A stretch of DNA of 64,000 nucleotides from Eledone cirrhosa (lineage: Eukaryota): the NCBI GenBank assembly GCA_964016885.1, contig OZ024741.1, forward strand, positions 109,058,001 through 109,122,000, in the 5' to 3' direction. Position 1 is the first letter of the stretch; every line of letters starts with the position of its first letter. Both the position numbers and the translations under genes were made by a program. The notes beneath the pieces were generated by a model. That model ran no database searches. It saw only the letters and a program-made list of their open reading frames with translations, and was not told where the DNA came from. Shown here in pieces: positions 30,175 through 43,950 of the stretch.

Positions 30175-30972
30175 GGTTTCTTATATAGGCACACAGCCAG
30201 TAATTCGGGGGGAGGGGAAAGTCGATTAAATCGACTCCAGTGCGTGACTGGTACTTTAATTTATCGACTGCATAAGGAAGAAAGGCAAAGTTAACGTCGG
30301 CGGGATTTGAACTCAGATCATAAAGGGCGGTAACTCTTTGCTGCAGACCCTCTACCGATACTGCCAAATGTTTCTAATTTAGGCACAAGGGCAGCAATTT
30401 TGGGGGAGGGGAAAGTTGATTAAATCGACCCCAATGTAATACTGGTGCTTTATTTGATCAACCTTGTAAGGATGAAAGGCAAAGCTAACCACGGTGGGAT
30501 TTAAACTCAGAACTTAAAGGGCTGTAACTCTATGCCGCAAGGCATGTTATCCGACGCTCTACCGATACTGCTAATAATAATAATAATAATAATTGTTTCT
30601 ACATTTGGCACAAGGCCAGTAATTATCCCAATTACTGGTACTTTATTTTATCGACCCCGAAGGGATGAAAGGCAAAGTTAACCTCGACGGAATTTGAACT
30701 CAGACCATAAAGGGCCGAAATTCTTTGCTGCAAAGCATGGCGTCAGACCCTCTACCAACACTGCCAATCCACATAATAATAATAATTGTTTCTACTTTTG
30801 GCACAAGGCCAGCAATTATCCAAGTGTATCACTGGTACTTTATTTTATCGACCCTGTAAGGATGAAAGACAAATTTGACCTCGGCGGGATTTAAACTCAG
30901 ATCATAAAGGGAGGTAACTCTATGCTTCAAAGCATGGCGTCCGACCCTCTACCGATACTGCCAATCCACCGC
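30175..30972 (-). mobile_element. Head-to-tail cluster of four SINE copies, mostly separated by (TAA)n
   Basis: Copies at ~30175-30368, 30370-30572, 30594-30770 and 30787-30972, each with the 'ggatgaaaggcaaagttaacc' core (or a variant) and 'ctctaccgatactgcca' head. Confidence 0.85.
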
Positions 30973-31114
30973 CACATAATAATAATAATGGTATCGTATG
31001 TGAGAATTAGATAAGTGATACCATCGAAATACAAATAAGAGTGATTACATAATAAATAGAAAGAGGTGAAATCCAAACATGCAGCCTTCCATTTCATCAC
31101 TAGATATGTGTGTG

Positions 31115-31168
<54 letters not shown>

Positions 31169-31608
31169 CACTCGAAGAAAAAGTCAGCAAACAAAACAAA
31201 CGATGCAACAAATCCTCTAAAAATGCCGAAATGTCAGATTGGTATTTGTGACAAATTTAAGAGACGCGCTGATTGGTAGGATAATAAACACAATTATAGA
31301 TGGCGCTTTCATACTTTAAAGGTCAATAGGTGACATCAACCATGTAATATATTTTTATTTGGTATGTTATTTTCGTTATATATTCAATATTCCTATGATT
31401 ACTATTATATATTTTTACGGTTATCATTTTCCTTCTGTTATAACGTGTCTGTATTTCTATTTTTTATGAATGAACGTCTTTCTGCGTGCTGTAATGATAG
31501 ATTTCGTCTCGTTTTCTATACGTATTTATACCTGCACAGTTGCACGCCACATACATGCGGGCACATACTCCCACTCACATACACACACATACCCCCCCCC
31601 CCACCCCT

Positions 31609-31659
<51 letters not shown>

Positions 31660-31879
31660 TCTTTTTGTGAGTTAAAGTTTCGGGACAATACAGCACTTTA
31701 AACACTACACGTCTGAAACGTCTTGTCACAGATGACCGGTTCGACAATGCAGTCGGACATGAGCACAATCTGGAGGCTCAATGTGCATTAAATTCTTGTG
31801 TCAATTCTTGTATCATTTTTTACCATTTCTTATGGAATGGTAAAAACTGCTTACGCAGTAACTTACTTATTAATATATA

Positions 31880-32691
31880 TATATATCATAATCTATAAAG
31901 CTCAGTGTGTGGTCATGCTCCTTCGTTATAGAAATCTACGATATAGAATTTCTTCAATTGAAATTTACAATTGAGTATTCGAAATAGTTTCGATTGCGTC
32001 TTGACGCAGATAATTTTTTCAATTTCACCCACAATTACGCAAAAAATAGATAAAACTCAATATTTTACGATTTTTCTCTGTCATTTAAACTGCTAAACTC
32101 TTTCCACTACCATTCAAAATCTATACAACTTCATACTTTCTGCTACTTTCTCTTTCCAAGCTTGATGGTGATACTGTCCGTTCAGACCACTCCCTACTGT
32201 CTTAAATTTAGAAAACACATATCCTCTATGAGGTTACTAAACCTGCTAGAAATAGCAGCTAACTCTCCCCCATATCACACCACTCCCTACGGTCTTACAT
32301 TTAGAAAACACATATCCTCTATTAGGTCACTAAACCTGCTAGAAACAACAGCTAACTCTCCCTCATATCACAACCCTCCCTACTGTCTTAAATTTAGAAA
32401 ACACACAGACAACCATGCAGAGCAATTCCATCGCAGCTCTGTTGTTCGGCTGGCATCGTCTACGCGCGTGTTGCGCAAGTACTGTGAAACAATAAATTTC
32501 AACACTTTTTTGCACAGAGATAATATCCATAGGCGAAACTACAATTGTCACTGCTGGCGCAGCTCCTGCTTCCAGGTCTGCAATTCATTCACCCAGTGCC
32601 TGGCAGACAAAAAAGTGGTGCCATAAAATAGGTGGTGCAACCTAACTTTGGTAACTTAATGACCCCGAGCAATGCCGGGCTTTAATGCTAG
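31880..32691 (+). mobile_element. Non-autonomous Helitron-like element with internal 93-bp tandem repeat
   Basis: 3' GC hairpin cccgagcaatgccggg (32664-32679), then CTAG (32688-32691) into (TA)n. 93-bp repeat at 32192, 32285 and 32378. 5' boundary approximate. Confidence 0.6.
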
Positions 32692-32871
<180 letters not shown>

Positions 32872-32937
32872 CATTATATATAAATATTGGAAAATGTGTG
32901 AGATCCTTGGTACAGTTAGGTTATTTGAAAAAAAGGA

Positions 32938-33639
32938 AAAGAATGACTTCACTTGTAGTGTTAAAAATTTTTTATGATTTAAAGTTATAATATAAAATAA
33001 TATTATGAGAAGGTAGATCCAGTAAGTTCTTTGTTAACTTCGGTGGGAAGATTTTAGTGATTCCTGATTAACTTGGGTTGGAGAACTTTTTCGCATTCGT
33101 CTGTCTGTGGCGATTGTCAAACTGAGATCAGATTGTGTTGAAATAAGAGAGAGATTTGGATGTATCTGGGGTGGGGCGTGTGGTGTTAATGAGTGTTGAT
33201 GATGATGAAGTTCCTGAGGAATTAATGTATACATACACACACACACACACGCACGTACACACACACACATACACACACATATATATACACACTCAGAAAA
33301 TGGTGAGGTTGTAAGATAAGGGTGTTTGAGAAGGTAGTTGTAAACCTACTCTCCTGCTGGTTTTATTTCATTAGCTGACCTTTTCTCTTTTCCTGTCATC
33401 CCATTCTTATCAAAACACTTATGTATCTTACACCTCATTAAAACCAGACAATCACATAAATTCATCTTTGATATAGAAACCTGTAGAAGATATTCTTTAT
33501 AGATTTGGAAGAGCTGATTCAGCTATGCCATTATAAACTCATTAAAGGTCAGCTAATGAAATAAAACCAGCAGGCGAGTAGGTTTACGACTACCTTCTCA
33601 AACACCCTTATCTTACAACCTCACCATTTTCTGAGTGTG

Positions 33640-33706
<67 letters not shown>

Positions 33707-34035
33707 ACGTATGTATGGGTGTGTGTGTATGTATGATTACATTAATTCCTCAGGAACTTCATCATCATCAACACTCATTAACACCACACGCCCCACCCCA
33801 GATACATCCAAATCTCTCTCTTATTTCAACACAATCTGATCTCAGTTTGACAATCGCCACAGACAGACGAATGCGAGAAAGTTCTCCGACCCAAGTTAAC
33901 CAGGAATCTCTAAAATTCTTCCCACCGAAGTTAACAAAGAACTTACTGGATCTACCATCTCATAATATTATAATATGTTATAACATTAAAGCATAATAAA
34001 ATGTTAACACTACAAGTGAAGTCATTATTTTCTTT
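32938..34035. repeat. Large inverted repeat (~450-490-bp arms, ~160-bp spacer) between microsatellites
   Basis: 32938-33383 is the reverse complement of 33544-34035; the ORF track shows the same peptide on both strands. Confidence 0.9.
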
Positions 34036-34049
34036 TTTTTAAAATATAT

Positions 34050-34214
<165 letters not shown>

Positions 34215-34229
34215 TGTATAAATATATAT

Positions 34230-35437
34230 AAATATGAAAACAGGGAGAAAGAGACGATTATGAGGAAGAAAAATATATTTTTTTCCTTTTTTGTTTCTCT
34301 CTCTATTTTTTCTGGTTTAGAAAATGATTAAAACGAAATTTTTTACTTTGTGTGAAGTGTTAAGGTATTAGTTGATTTATTTATTATTTAACAATGGCAT
34401 TTATTTATCTATTTATATATTTAATTATTGTCTATTACCGGTTTCGTCATTTATATGCATTATCAAATGATAGTGAAATGTATTAGTGTGGTGTCGCACA
34501 TGTTAAACAGAAGGTGCAGAAAGAATAATGTTATATACAAACAAGGTTTAAGAAGTGAAAAGAAAAAAGAAAAAGGAAAAAATAACGTGCATAATGTGGA
34601 ACGTAAAAAGTCAATGTGGAAGAAAAAAATAATGTTATTTACAAGCACAGTCATTGAAGTTAAGCAGTTCAAAATGTGTTAATATTGCAAGACTGTTTAG
34701 TTGAACCATGGTTCCGTGAAGGAGGCAAATATAGATTGTGGTTTGATATGATTTCCATTTTTAGAGAGTTAATATGCAGGGGGAAGCAATTCTTGCTGTG
34801 TGATATTTAATTTATTTAAGAAAAGGGATTAGGTAGGGTGTGAGGGAGGTAACTCTTGTAAATGTTTGATGGTTTGTTGCAGATTTAGATTGGTCCGATT
34901 TTTAGGGCATTGAGTAGTGGTTGAAATTTATTAATGAAATGTGTTTCCTTATTGGTACGTTGGATGAAAGTAGCGTTGTCTATGAATTTGTAAATGGGGA
35001 AAATTTTAAAGTTTAGAAGTTGGTTGAGAGCACAATTGGCGATATGTTCACTAAATGCAATCTTTCTGTATTCCTGTATTTTAATTTGTGATTTATGGAC
35101 GGTCATACGTTGACGGAGGCTGTTTTTTGTCTGTCCTATGTAGTGCTCTTGACAACCTGAGCAGGTCAAAACATAGATAAGGTTTTCAGAAACACATGTA
35201 AAGTTGTGTTTAACTGTGAAACGTTGTCCTTGTTTAATACAGGAATACAGAAAGATTGCATTTAGTGAACATATCGCCAATTGTGCTCTGAACCAACTGC
35301 CAAACTTTAAAATGTTCCCCATTTACAAATTCATAGACAACGCTACTTTCATCCAACGTACCAATAAGGAAACACATTTCATTAATAAATTTCAACCACT
35401 ACTCAATGCCCTAAAAATCGGACCAATCTAAAACTGC
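34230..35437 (-). mobile_element. Penelope-like (Neptune-type) 3' fragment with GIY-YIG domain and inverted duplication
   Basis: 'FTCVSENLIYVLTCSGCQEHYIGQTKNSLRQRMTVH...E..FI.KFQP.LN'. 34880-35075 is inverted at 35234-35437, typical of PLE 5' inversion. Confidence 0.85.
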
Positions 35438-35794
35438 ATTATATATATATATAATAATAATATAATGTGGATAGGAGGCACACGAGTTAGGATATATATA
35501 TGAAAACAAGGAGAAAGAGACGATTATGAGGAAGGAAATTATATTTTTTTCCTATATATATATATATAGTTATACTTGGGAAGTGTCCTATTGTTGTTAT
35601 ATTGCCAGAAATAATAACAGAACACACTCACTGTTTGATTGGTTTTCGCTTCTGTATCTTTTATATCTCCATATATATATATATATATATAATATATATA
35701 TAATATATATATATAATATATATTATATTATATATATACTATATATAATATATAATATATATAATATATATATAAAATATATACATATATATTT

Positions 35795-36080
35795 TGGGAG
35801 CATCCCAAAAGTCAGCTCAAAAGTGACACAGAGGAGACTGAGGTTGGCTGGACATGCTCACCGACATCCAGAGTTGACATTGCACTCAGTGCTCCTTTGG
35901 GAGCCCCTACATGGACACACTAGAAGTGGAAGACCAAGGTTAACATATGTTGATGCCCTAAGGACAGACACTGGTCTGTTGGAGATGCAGGATATGGCAG
36001 CGATAATGAGGGACAGAGACCGCTGGAGAGAACTCGTCCATGGATCTCGGGAATTTTACCCGCCTTAGATAGATAGATAT
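35795..36080 (+). mobile_element. RTE-clade LINE 3' end
   Basis: 'RRLRLAGHAHRHPE...LLWEPLHG...GRPRLTYVD...DTG...DRDRWR' followed by a (TAGA)n tail. Confidence 0.85.
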
Positions 36081-36117
36081 ATAGATATATATATATAATA
36101 TATATATACATATATAT

Positions 36118-36205
<88 letters not shown>

Positions 36206-36899
36206 AGTTGTACCCGCTTATATAGAAAATATATTTTGTCAGATTCTTCTCATATTATTGAATGTTTTCAAAGTGCATGTTTCATTTTATTTTATCCTTT
36301 ATGCATCTAATCCCAATTCATATAACCACGAATATCTGTATGGCATATAATGTAATGAATATAACCATCAATCTGGCATTGACAATCTCTGATTCCTTTA
36401 CTAACATCCGAAATGATATGTAGGCGGACAATTATAACCAGTTTACAACAATAATCTTATTATCTCTGATGATATGGTATATCTAGCATTACATTTTCTT
36501 TGTGTGATAAAAAAAATTACCTCTAGAATCAATCGGCATAACAATATATATTAAGATATATTTAATGCGCATTTAATATAAATGTTTGTGAAGAAAATCT
36601 TTAATACGGGGCAGCTGCATTTCAAAGCATTATTCGCATTATGTAGTGCTCGACAGAATTTGGTTTGTAGCAATATTTAAATTTTACATTATTTTACATT
36701 ATTTTAAATGGTATTTATGCTAGAACATCTCAGATAAATTTAATTTAGGTACAATTAACCCCGACGTCATAATAAGAGGTCCCCCTCCCTGTCTGCTATA
36801 AGAAAAATATTTGGGATACTCCATTTATCAGAAGTCTACATCCACGGAAGGAAGAGAGAATACTTTGCTGATCTCGTATACTCGGTCACAACATCTTTT

Positions 36900-37800
36900 G
36901 ATGTGCATTGGGTGCACTATTGAGCAATAGTAACTTCTCAGGGACTGGAGTCACAAGAGCAATTAATGAGCTCATGTGTGGCGAGGCACCAGGGAAGGGT
37001 GAAATCCGTCCCGAAATGTTAAAAGCCTTTAAATATTAGATATTATCTGGCTGAATCCTGTTTGCCGCGTAGCGTGGATCTCTGAAAATGCACCTAAGCA
37101 ATGGCCATCTGGAATGTTAATCAACATTTTCAAAAACGGAGACAAGGGAAATTGATCTAATTACAGAGGGATATCTTTGTTGGCCTCCCCGGTAACGTCT
37201 ATGCTAAGTGTCTGGAAAATCGATATAGGGAGATTGTCGTGTCCAAGCTATCTGACGAACAGAGTGGTTAACACCCCTTACTCAGCACAGCTGAGCAAAT
37301 ATTAACACTGAGGTAGATCATCGGGAAATCGTGGGAGTCCTGCCAAGAGGTGATTTCTCGTTTTATAAACCCCGGAAATGCATATGACCGCATACCAAGA
37401 GAAATGTTGGTGAAAGTTCTGCAGAAATATGGGATCGATGAACAGCTTCTTGTTGCGTTAGAGTCTCTATACATATGCCTTAGTATGTGTTTAAAATTAT
37501 TCAATTTGTGTATCAGATTCCTCCAAGGGTACGTACTGACACCTCTTCTGTTCATAAACGTCATACACATGATTGACATGCACAGCCGGGTTGGAAATCG
37601 TATCATGACTGGCGGGTGTAGGATCAGTTGTCTGGAATTTGCAGACGACAAGGTACTTAAATAGTCGAAATGTGATATCGGACATGCAGTTGATAGGTTT
37701 GATGCCGAGTGATGCACGGCAGGAAAGAAAATCAGTGCTCCGAAATCAGAGACACCCGTCATCTCAAATAAGCCTGCACAGAGGACATTATAAGTGAGTT
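36900..37800 (+). pseudogene. Decayed RTE-type reverse transcriptase fragment
   Basis: 'APGKGEIRPEMLKA', 'NYRGISLL', 'AYDRIPRE', 'QGYVLTPLLF', 'FADD', with stops and frameshifts. Confidence 0.75.
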
Positions 37801-38029
37801 ATGAACAATGATGCATCGTTTCATGCACACATAACCAGCATAGCGGCAATGTGCAGACGATTGTCGGGTTGGATTTTGAGGATTTAAAGACAAGAGCCCC
37901 GGAAATCGTGTCCGTCCTCTGAAGAACTTTCGTCCTCAGTTGACTGGACTATTGCTCTCAGCAATGTCAAAATAACTGCAGTAATCCATTGAAGTTACAC
38001 CAAGAGGATTGCATCAATGAAAGTGATGA

Positions 38030-38510
38030 GCTACTGGAAGAGGCTGAAAAAAATAAAACTTTACTCCCAGCAGTGAAGATGGGAGAGATACAAAGTGACA
38101 TACGTATGGAATATCCTGGAAGGGTTAGCGCCAAACTTTGGCATTGAAGACAGGATCAGCCCCGAACAGGATGCCACAGTGTAGTACCAAAGGGCTCATC
38201 CGTCGCATCAAGAATAAGGAACACGTACTGCAATAGCCTGGAGTTCAAGGCACTCCAGCTTTTTAATAAGCTGCCAAAAGCTCTGAGATATCTACATGGT
38301 GTGTATCTAGATGTTTTAAAGAGACATCTCGACATCCTGGTGACCAAGATTCCGGATGAACCCACAGCACGCGGTGAAGCACAAATAAGGGCGGCAACAA
38401 CAATCTCCCTTTTGCAACAATAGCCAACCAAAGAAATCTGCATATAGAAAGTGTAGATTCAATGGTGGTGCCCCAGCATGCCCTCAGCCTGTTGGCTGGA
38501 AGACGTCATA
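38030..38510 (+). mobile_element. CR1/L2-group LINE 3' fragment
   Basis: 'WNILEGLAPNFG...YCNSLEFKALQLFNKLPKALR...LKRHLD...IPDEPT' C-terminal pattern. Confidence 0.6.
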
Positions 38511-39795
38511 GAGTAATAACGTAATGCTATTGTTACCATTGCTATAATTACTGGTGCGTATGAAGAAATGACAATTAGTGTTTTGTTTGTAACTTTTTAT
38601 GCTCTGAGATCCAAGTTGATTTTCAGACTTCCTGTGTCAAAAAGCAACGCATCAGTCAATTGCTTGTTGGTGATTTAATCGAAATCATTTTCTGCCCTAA
38701 ATTCTGGTTTTGTATCTACGTCACAAATAATTATTATTTCTGGTGAAGAAAGATGCGTTGAGTTTTCTTACAATCTAATAGAGTGTTCAGAGAAACATCA
38801 GTTGCAATTTAAAGAATGTTTGTGAGGAGGAAATCTGTCTAGAAAGGGAAATGAAAGTGATTTTGTACCGATTATTGTTGTATGAATAACAAGAAATCAG
38901 AAATGGCCCCACCATATGCTATTTGAACCAAAACAGCTATCGGCGTGCGTGTGAAAACCAAGAGCGAGTGGTGAGAGTGTTGATTTCGTTAGTCCTTTCT
39001 TATATAAGATAAAAAAAAGCAACGGCATTAACGATACCACTGGGAAAACATGAGCAATAACATCATAGAGGATAACAGCTATAACCAAAGTAAAAATAAC
39101 ATCAGAGTAACTAGTACAGAATTAGAAACAGTAACACCAAAGGTAGTAAATGCCGTTTTGAGTTAAAATTAACTTAAATAGTCTAGTCGCATTGTCAGGT
39201 GTAGAACTCGCAGTAGCAACAGTAGTATGAAAAGCAGCAACAGTTGTAAGGATATAAGCAACAACAGTAGCAGTGGAAGCAGCATGAAAGAATGCATAGC
39301 AACACCGGCAGCAAAATATTGAATTTCGTTAAAGCAGTCAAGTGCTGGAAAAGACTCCGTATAAGCAACACGAAGAAACGTATATAAAGTTTTATGCTAT
39401 ACGTCACATTACTAGAGCAATGAAGGTGAACCTCTCACACAAGTGCGCAAGTAACGGGAGACTAACAAGAGTATCATATGACTTTTTTTCCTGTTAAACT
39501 CAAAATATTATTCCTCATGAACATAATGGGAAATTAGTCGATGCTTTGCCGACATGAGGGGCTCTCTATTGTACATGTTCAAACATAGCAAATCAGATGA
39601 TTGAAAGTCAATTTAAGAAAAAGTATAGAAGTAATGAAGCACTTAACTTTGCACGGACCGAAATACATTATCCTACTTTCGTAGGATATGGGCCGTGTCT
39701 ATTGAAAGAAAATGTGTTCCACTTAATGTCCATTGCTTTCTGAATCGATTGTAGAACAATGCATTAATTACTAGTTTCCTCTCTCATTGTTTATC

Positions 39796-39868
<73 letters not shown>

Positions 39869-39953
39869 GTGCGTATAATGGTAGCTATGGTGCTTCCATA
39901 GGCGGTATGCCAAAATTAGCACTCAATATTCATACAGAGTAGAGTGTGAATAG

Positions 39954-40283
39954 TATAGAAAAACGAAAAATCAGTGATGTATCTGGACTCAGTTTATTGC
40001 ATGTTACAATTGTTTCACCGGCAGGTAGCTCCAGACATGATCACTGTATGGATCTGGCTGATTCTACGGCTGCAGGTTCCTTCGGACACATGCAATTCGT
40101 TCGGAGCAAATTTTCTCACACGAAAATTTGCTCCGAACGAATTGCATGTGTCTGAAGGAACCTGCAGCTGTAGAATCAGCCAGATCCATACAGTGATCAT
40201 GTCTGGAGCTACCTGCCGGTGAAACAATTGTAACATGCAATAAACTGAGTCCAGATGCATCACTGATTTTTCGTTTTTTTTAT
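39954..40283. mobile_element. Near-perfect fold-back (~160-bp arms, 6-nt loop at 40116-40121) carrying an HHR-like motif
   Basis: Plus arm 40141-40241: attgcatgt-gt-CTGAAGG-aacc...ggt-GAAA-caattg-TA-acatgcaat (A9->G core variant). Confidence 0.8.
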
Positions 40284-40333
<50 letters not shown>

Positions 40334-40513
40334 ATACATTAACAGAGAAAGCTTTAAGCGATACTCTGACCAACTCCATCTCACTCAACAAACATTAGGA
40401 TATACCTAAGTATAATCCCAATTTAGTGTTTGGGGTGCTAACTATACAGTATTCTGTGGATAGATGGTTGTATTATTTTATATGAGACACAATTAAGTAA
40501 ATCTCTCTTTCCT

Positions 40514-40636
40514 TCCATACGATCGTTTCGTTATAAGATTTCTACAAGTTGGGATAAATAATGTCCAGGTTATGTAGAAACTTGTATATAATCCATAGAT
40601 ATACACACAAGCGGGCCCTTATAACTCATCAGTGGA
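40514..40636 (-). ncRNA. Type I hammerhead ribozyme with long stem II insertion
   Basis: tcca-CTGATGA-gttataag...(~80 nt)...cttataac-GAAA-cgatcg-TA-tgga: 8-bp stem II, palindromic stem III. Confidence 0.85.
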
Positions 40637-41157
40637 TGCCCATGCAATATCGATATAAAAAACTACATCGATATTAATAATTAGTGATGGTCTCTGCCAG
40701 TGCTAGAAGGACAGCTAAATTTGAAAAGCCAGTAGTCCTTCAAAAAGAAAATTCACACTGTCCCCAAAAGGGAAAGGGGAGGTCATCGTACAATATAAAA
40801 TAATATACATGCTGGTCATTGAAGCCTGTTAGGTATTTTAACCACGTGTTTAAGAACTCAATTGGATATAAAAAAAATAAATATATGTATGTACCATCAA
40901 TACACACATAGAGATATTTAAAAAATATAATAAATATGTGTACGCACCATCTATACACACATATAGGTATTTTCTCAGGACAAAATATCAGACAGGAGAT
41001 ACAGGAAAATGCAATCAATATTTCATATAAAGAATAATATATGTGGGTGTGTGTATGTATGTATATGTATATATATATGTATATAAATTAAACAGAAATA
41101 ACAAAGCAAACGACAGAGTACTATGAAGAAATATATTAGTTTAACACTTGAAAAGTC

Positions 41158-41193
41158 TCTTAACATTTCGGGCACTAGTCCTTCATCAGAAGA
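41158..41193 (-). ncRNA. Minimal type I hammerhead ribozyme (PLE type)
   Basis: tctt-CTGATGA-agg actagtg ccc-GAAA-tg-TT-aaga; stem III almost absent. Confidence 0.65.
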
Positions 41194-42009
41194 TAGAATT
41201 AGAAAATAACGATGAAATAGAAAGATGGAGTGAGAAGAAGGAACGGAAAAACACACACGTGTACATTCTGTAAGCCATTTTGGAGATTTTCTGGTCAAGG
41301 ACACCTTACGTGTTAGAGAGATTTAGGGGGGGGGGGGGTCATTGTATATTTGGAGTAGATATGTGTGTATGCTTGCGTGCATGTATGTGCGTGCATGCGT
41401 GCGCACATATATATGTATTCCCAATGTTCGAAGGACGAGTGATAGACCGTAACAGGCTGGCTACTGTGAGATTGTGGATGTTTGAGTGAGCGTGTGCGCG
41501 AGAACCAACAATGTAGAGGGATCTACAAAATTGTATATGAATTTCTACAAATACACATAGTAGCAGCCTAAAGGGTCTGTGTAGGAAAGGAGGTGGTATA
41601 AAATATGATCGTTGCCTTTATATATAGTTTAAAGAATTGTAACCTTACATTATTGTTGGTTCACCAGCGTGAGCACCCAAAGTTCGGTCCGTTTTAGTAT
41701 ATTACGCGTTGTTGTACATTTGGTATTAGACTGTAGTCGGTTTCCTTCATATGCAATATGTAGTATTGATAAGTATGGACGAGCTGTCAAAATATCATCA
41801 TTAAGTTTACTCAGGGGCTACGTGAGTCTTGCGATTGATCAGCCCATGGTAAGTGGATATCACCCATCAATAACGAAACCAAGCTTGTGATGAGATATTG
41901 ATTCCAGAGTTGGATCGAATCTCGAGCTGATCAATCGTGAAAATGTCCATCACAGCTAAATAAACTTAATGATTATACATTGACTCCTCGTTCCTACTTA
42001 TTAATTTGC

Positions 42010-42116
<107 letters not shown>

Positions 42117-42264
42117 ATATATATATATATATAGAGAGAGAGAGAAATAATAAATTCGAAGACTAAAATCCAAAGAGGGGCTCGATAAGGATAAATATAT
42201 ATCAAATATATAAGAACCGTAGAGCAAATATTTATAAATAACAGAAAATAATTAGAAAATTTTG

Positions 42265-42692
42265 TTCGTAAACATATATACTTTTAGACGTTAGATATTT
42301 TCTTCTTAAACTTTCTTTTTTTCTTCTCTCCTTCCGTGCTCATTTTAAATCTACTATTTACGTTTACATATTACAATACATAAAAACAAACTTAAACCCT
42401 AACTAATTCCTCTAAGTTCATAACTCATTTATTCTTCTCCTTCTTTCACACTATATCCTTAATATCATTAATATTTTTATTTTAATAATACATATTAATA
42501 AATTCTTTTTTTCGCACATTATTAAACCCTTCAATATACCAACCGTTAATTTAATACTATTCTTAATTCCTTTTTCTTCATGCTTAAACTTCATTAACTT
42601 TTAATTTTCAAAATCTTTTAAATGATCTATTATCTTCCAACGGTTTTTTAATTTCTCTCTGTGAGGCAATATTTTCTCAGTTGTAAAGGCTA

Positions 42693-42787
<95 letters not shown>

Positions 42788-43211
42788 ATCTCTCTCTCTC
42801 TCTCTATCACCCATTTCTCCTCCTCTCTCATCCTTCCTTCTTATACTCCTCCCCACCATCCTTTACTCTTATTTTCTTCCTCTTCCTTACCTTTTCCCTA
42901 CCCCCCCCCTCACTTTTTTCCAATCTCATATATCCATCTTAGTTTATTTTTCATATGTTGATTTAAAACTTCACTGCTCACAAGTGTTTTTTAAGCTTCA
43001 TATCATGTCTCCCTATTTTATCTGATGAGAACGCAGATATCATCCCATGATGATAATTGTTTTTAAAATGCGCATAATAAAATACTTGGGAACTCTTTTA
43101 ACCATCTTTTGATCTTATATTATTTATACTCCAGTCCCTACAAACTGTAGAGTGCTACTTATCCGATATTTGCATTGCTTTATTATGCTACAATAAAACT
43201 CACCTCCTACA
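42265..43211 (+). mobile_element. AT/pyrimidine-rich HHR element, family D
   Basis: Homologous to 49421-50128; its 3' part recurs inverted at 22957-23064. HHR at 43014-43084: tattttat-CTGATGA...(A)AAA-tgcgca-TA-ataaaata, with G12 mutated. Confidence 0.7.
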
Positions 43212-43221
43212 TATATATATA

Positions 43222-43484
43222 TATAATATTATAAAGGTGAGTGTCGTGTGTATTATGTATGTATGTATCCTACAAACCTCCCTATAGTTTCTTAGCTTTA
43301 CGCTCTCCGTCGTTCTTCCCTCTCTCTATAATAGATCATTCCCCCTCTCTATAATTTAACTGCTTTACTCTCTGTCTCTCTTCACTCTCTATATGACAGC
43401 AGGTAATACATACATCAAAAGGCAACCCCTGACAAATATAATAATGTATGTATCCCACACACTTTTTCTGTCGTCGCTCGCATA

Positions 43485-43521
<37 letters not shown>

Positions 43522-43708
43522 CATATATACACACACACACATACATACACACACACACATACGCACAAATACACATAATTTCACACCTGATTTCACCAAT
43601 TGCCGGATAACATCAAAACAAAACACACAGACACACACATGCACATACACACATACACAAACACACATACACATACACAAACACACAAACACGCAGATAT
43701 CTCTACTT

Positions 43709-43753
<45 letters not shown>

Positions 43754-43857
43754 GATCATTCCTCCTCTCTATAATTTAACTGATTTACTCTCTCTGTCGC
43801 TCTTCACTCTCTATATGACAAGACTATTTTAGTTTCCGAGAGTGAGGGAGAGAGAGG

Positions 43858-43950
<93 letters not shown>

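Noticed and set aside
29588-30972. Regularly spaced ~200-bp repeats as a CRISPR-like array
   Set aside because: Units are whole tRNA-derived SINEs; no short repeat/unique spacer pattern, no cas genes, eukaryotic context.
32162-32626. 154-aa ORF with internal repeats
   Set aside because: Arises from the 93-bp tandem repeat inside a Helitron-like element; no recognisable domain.
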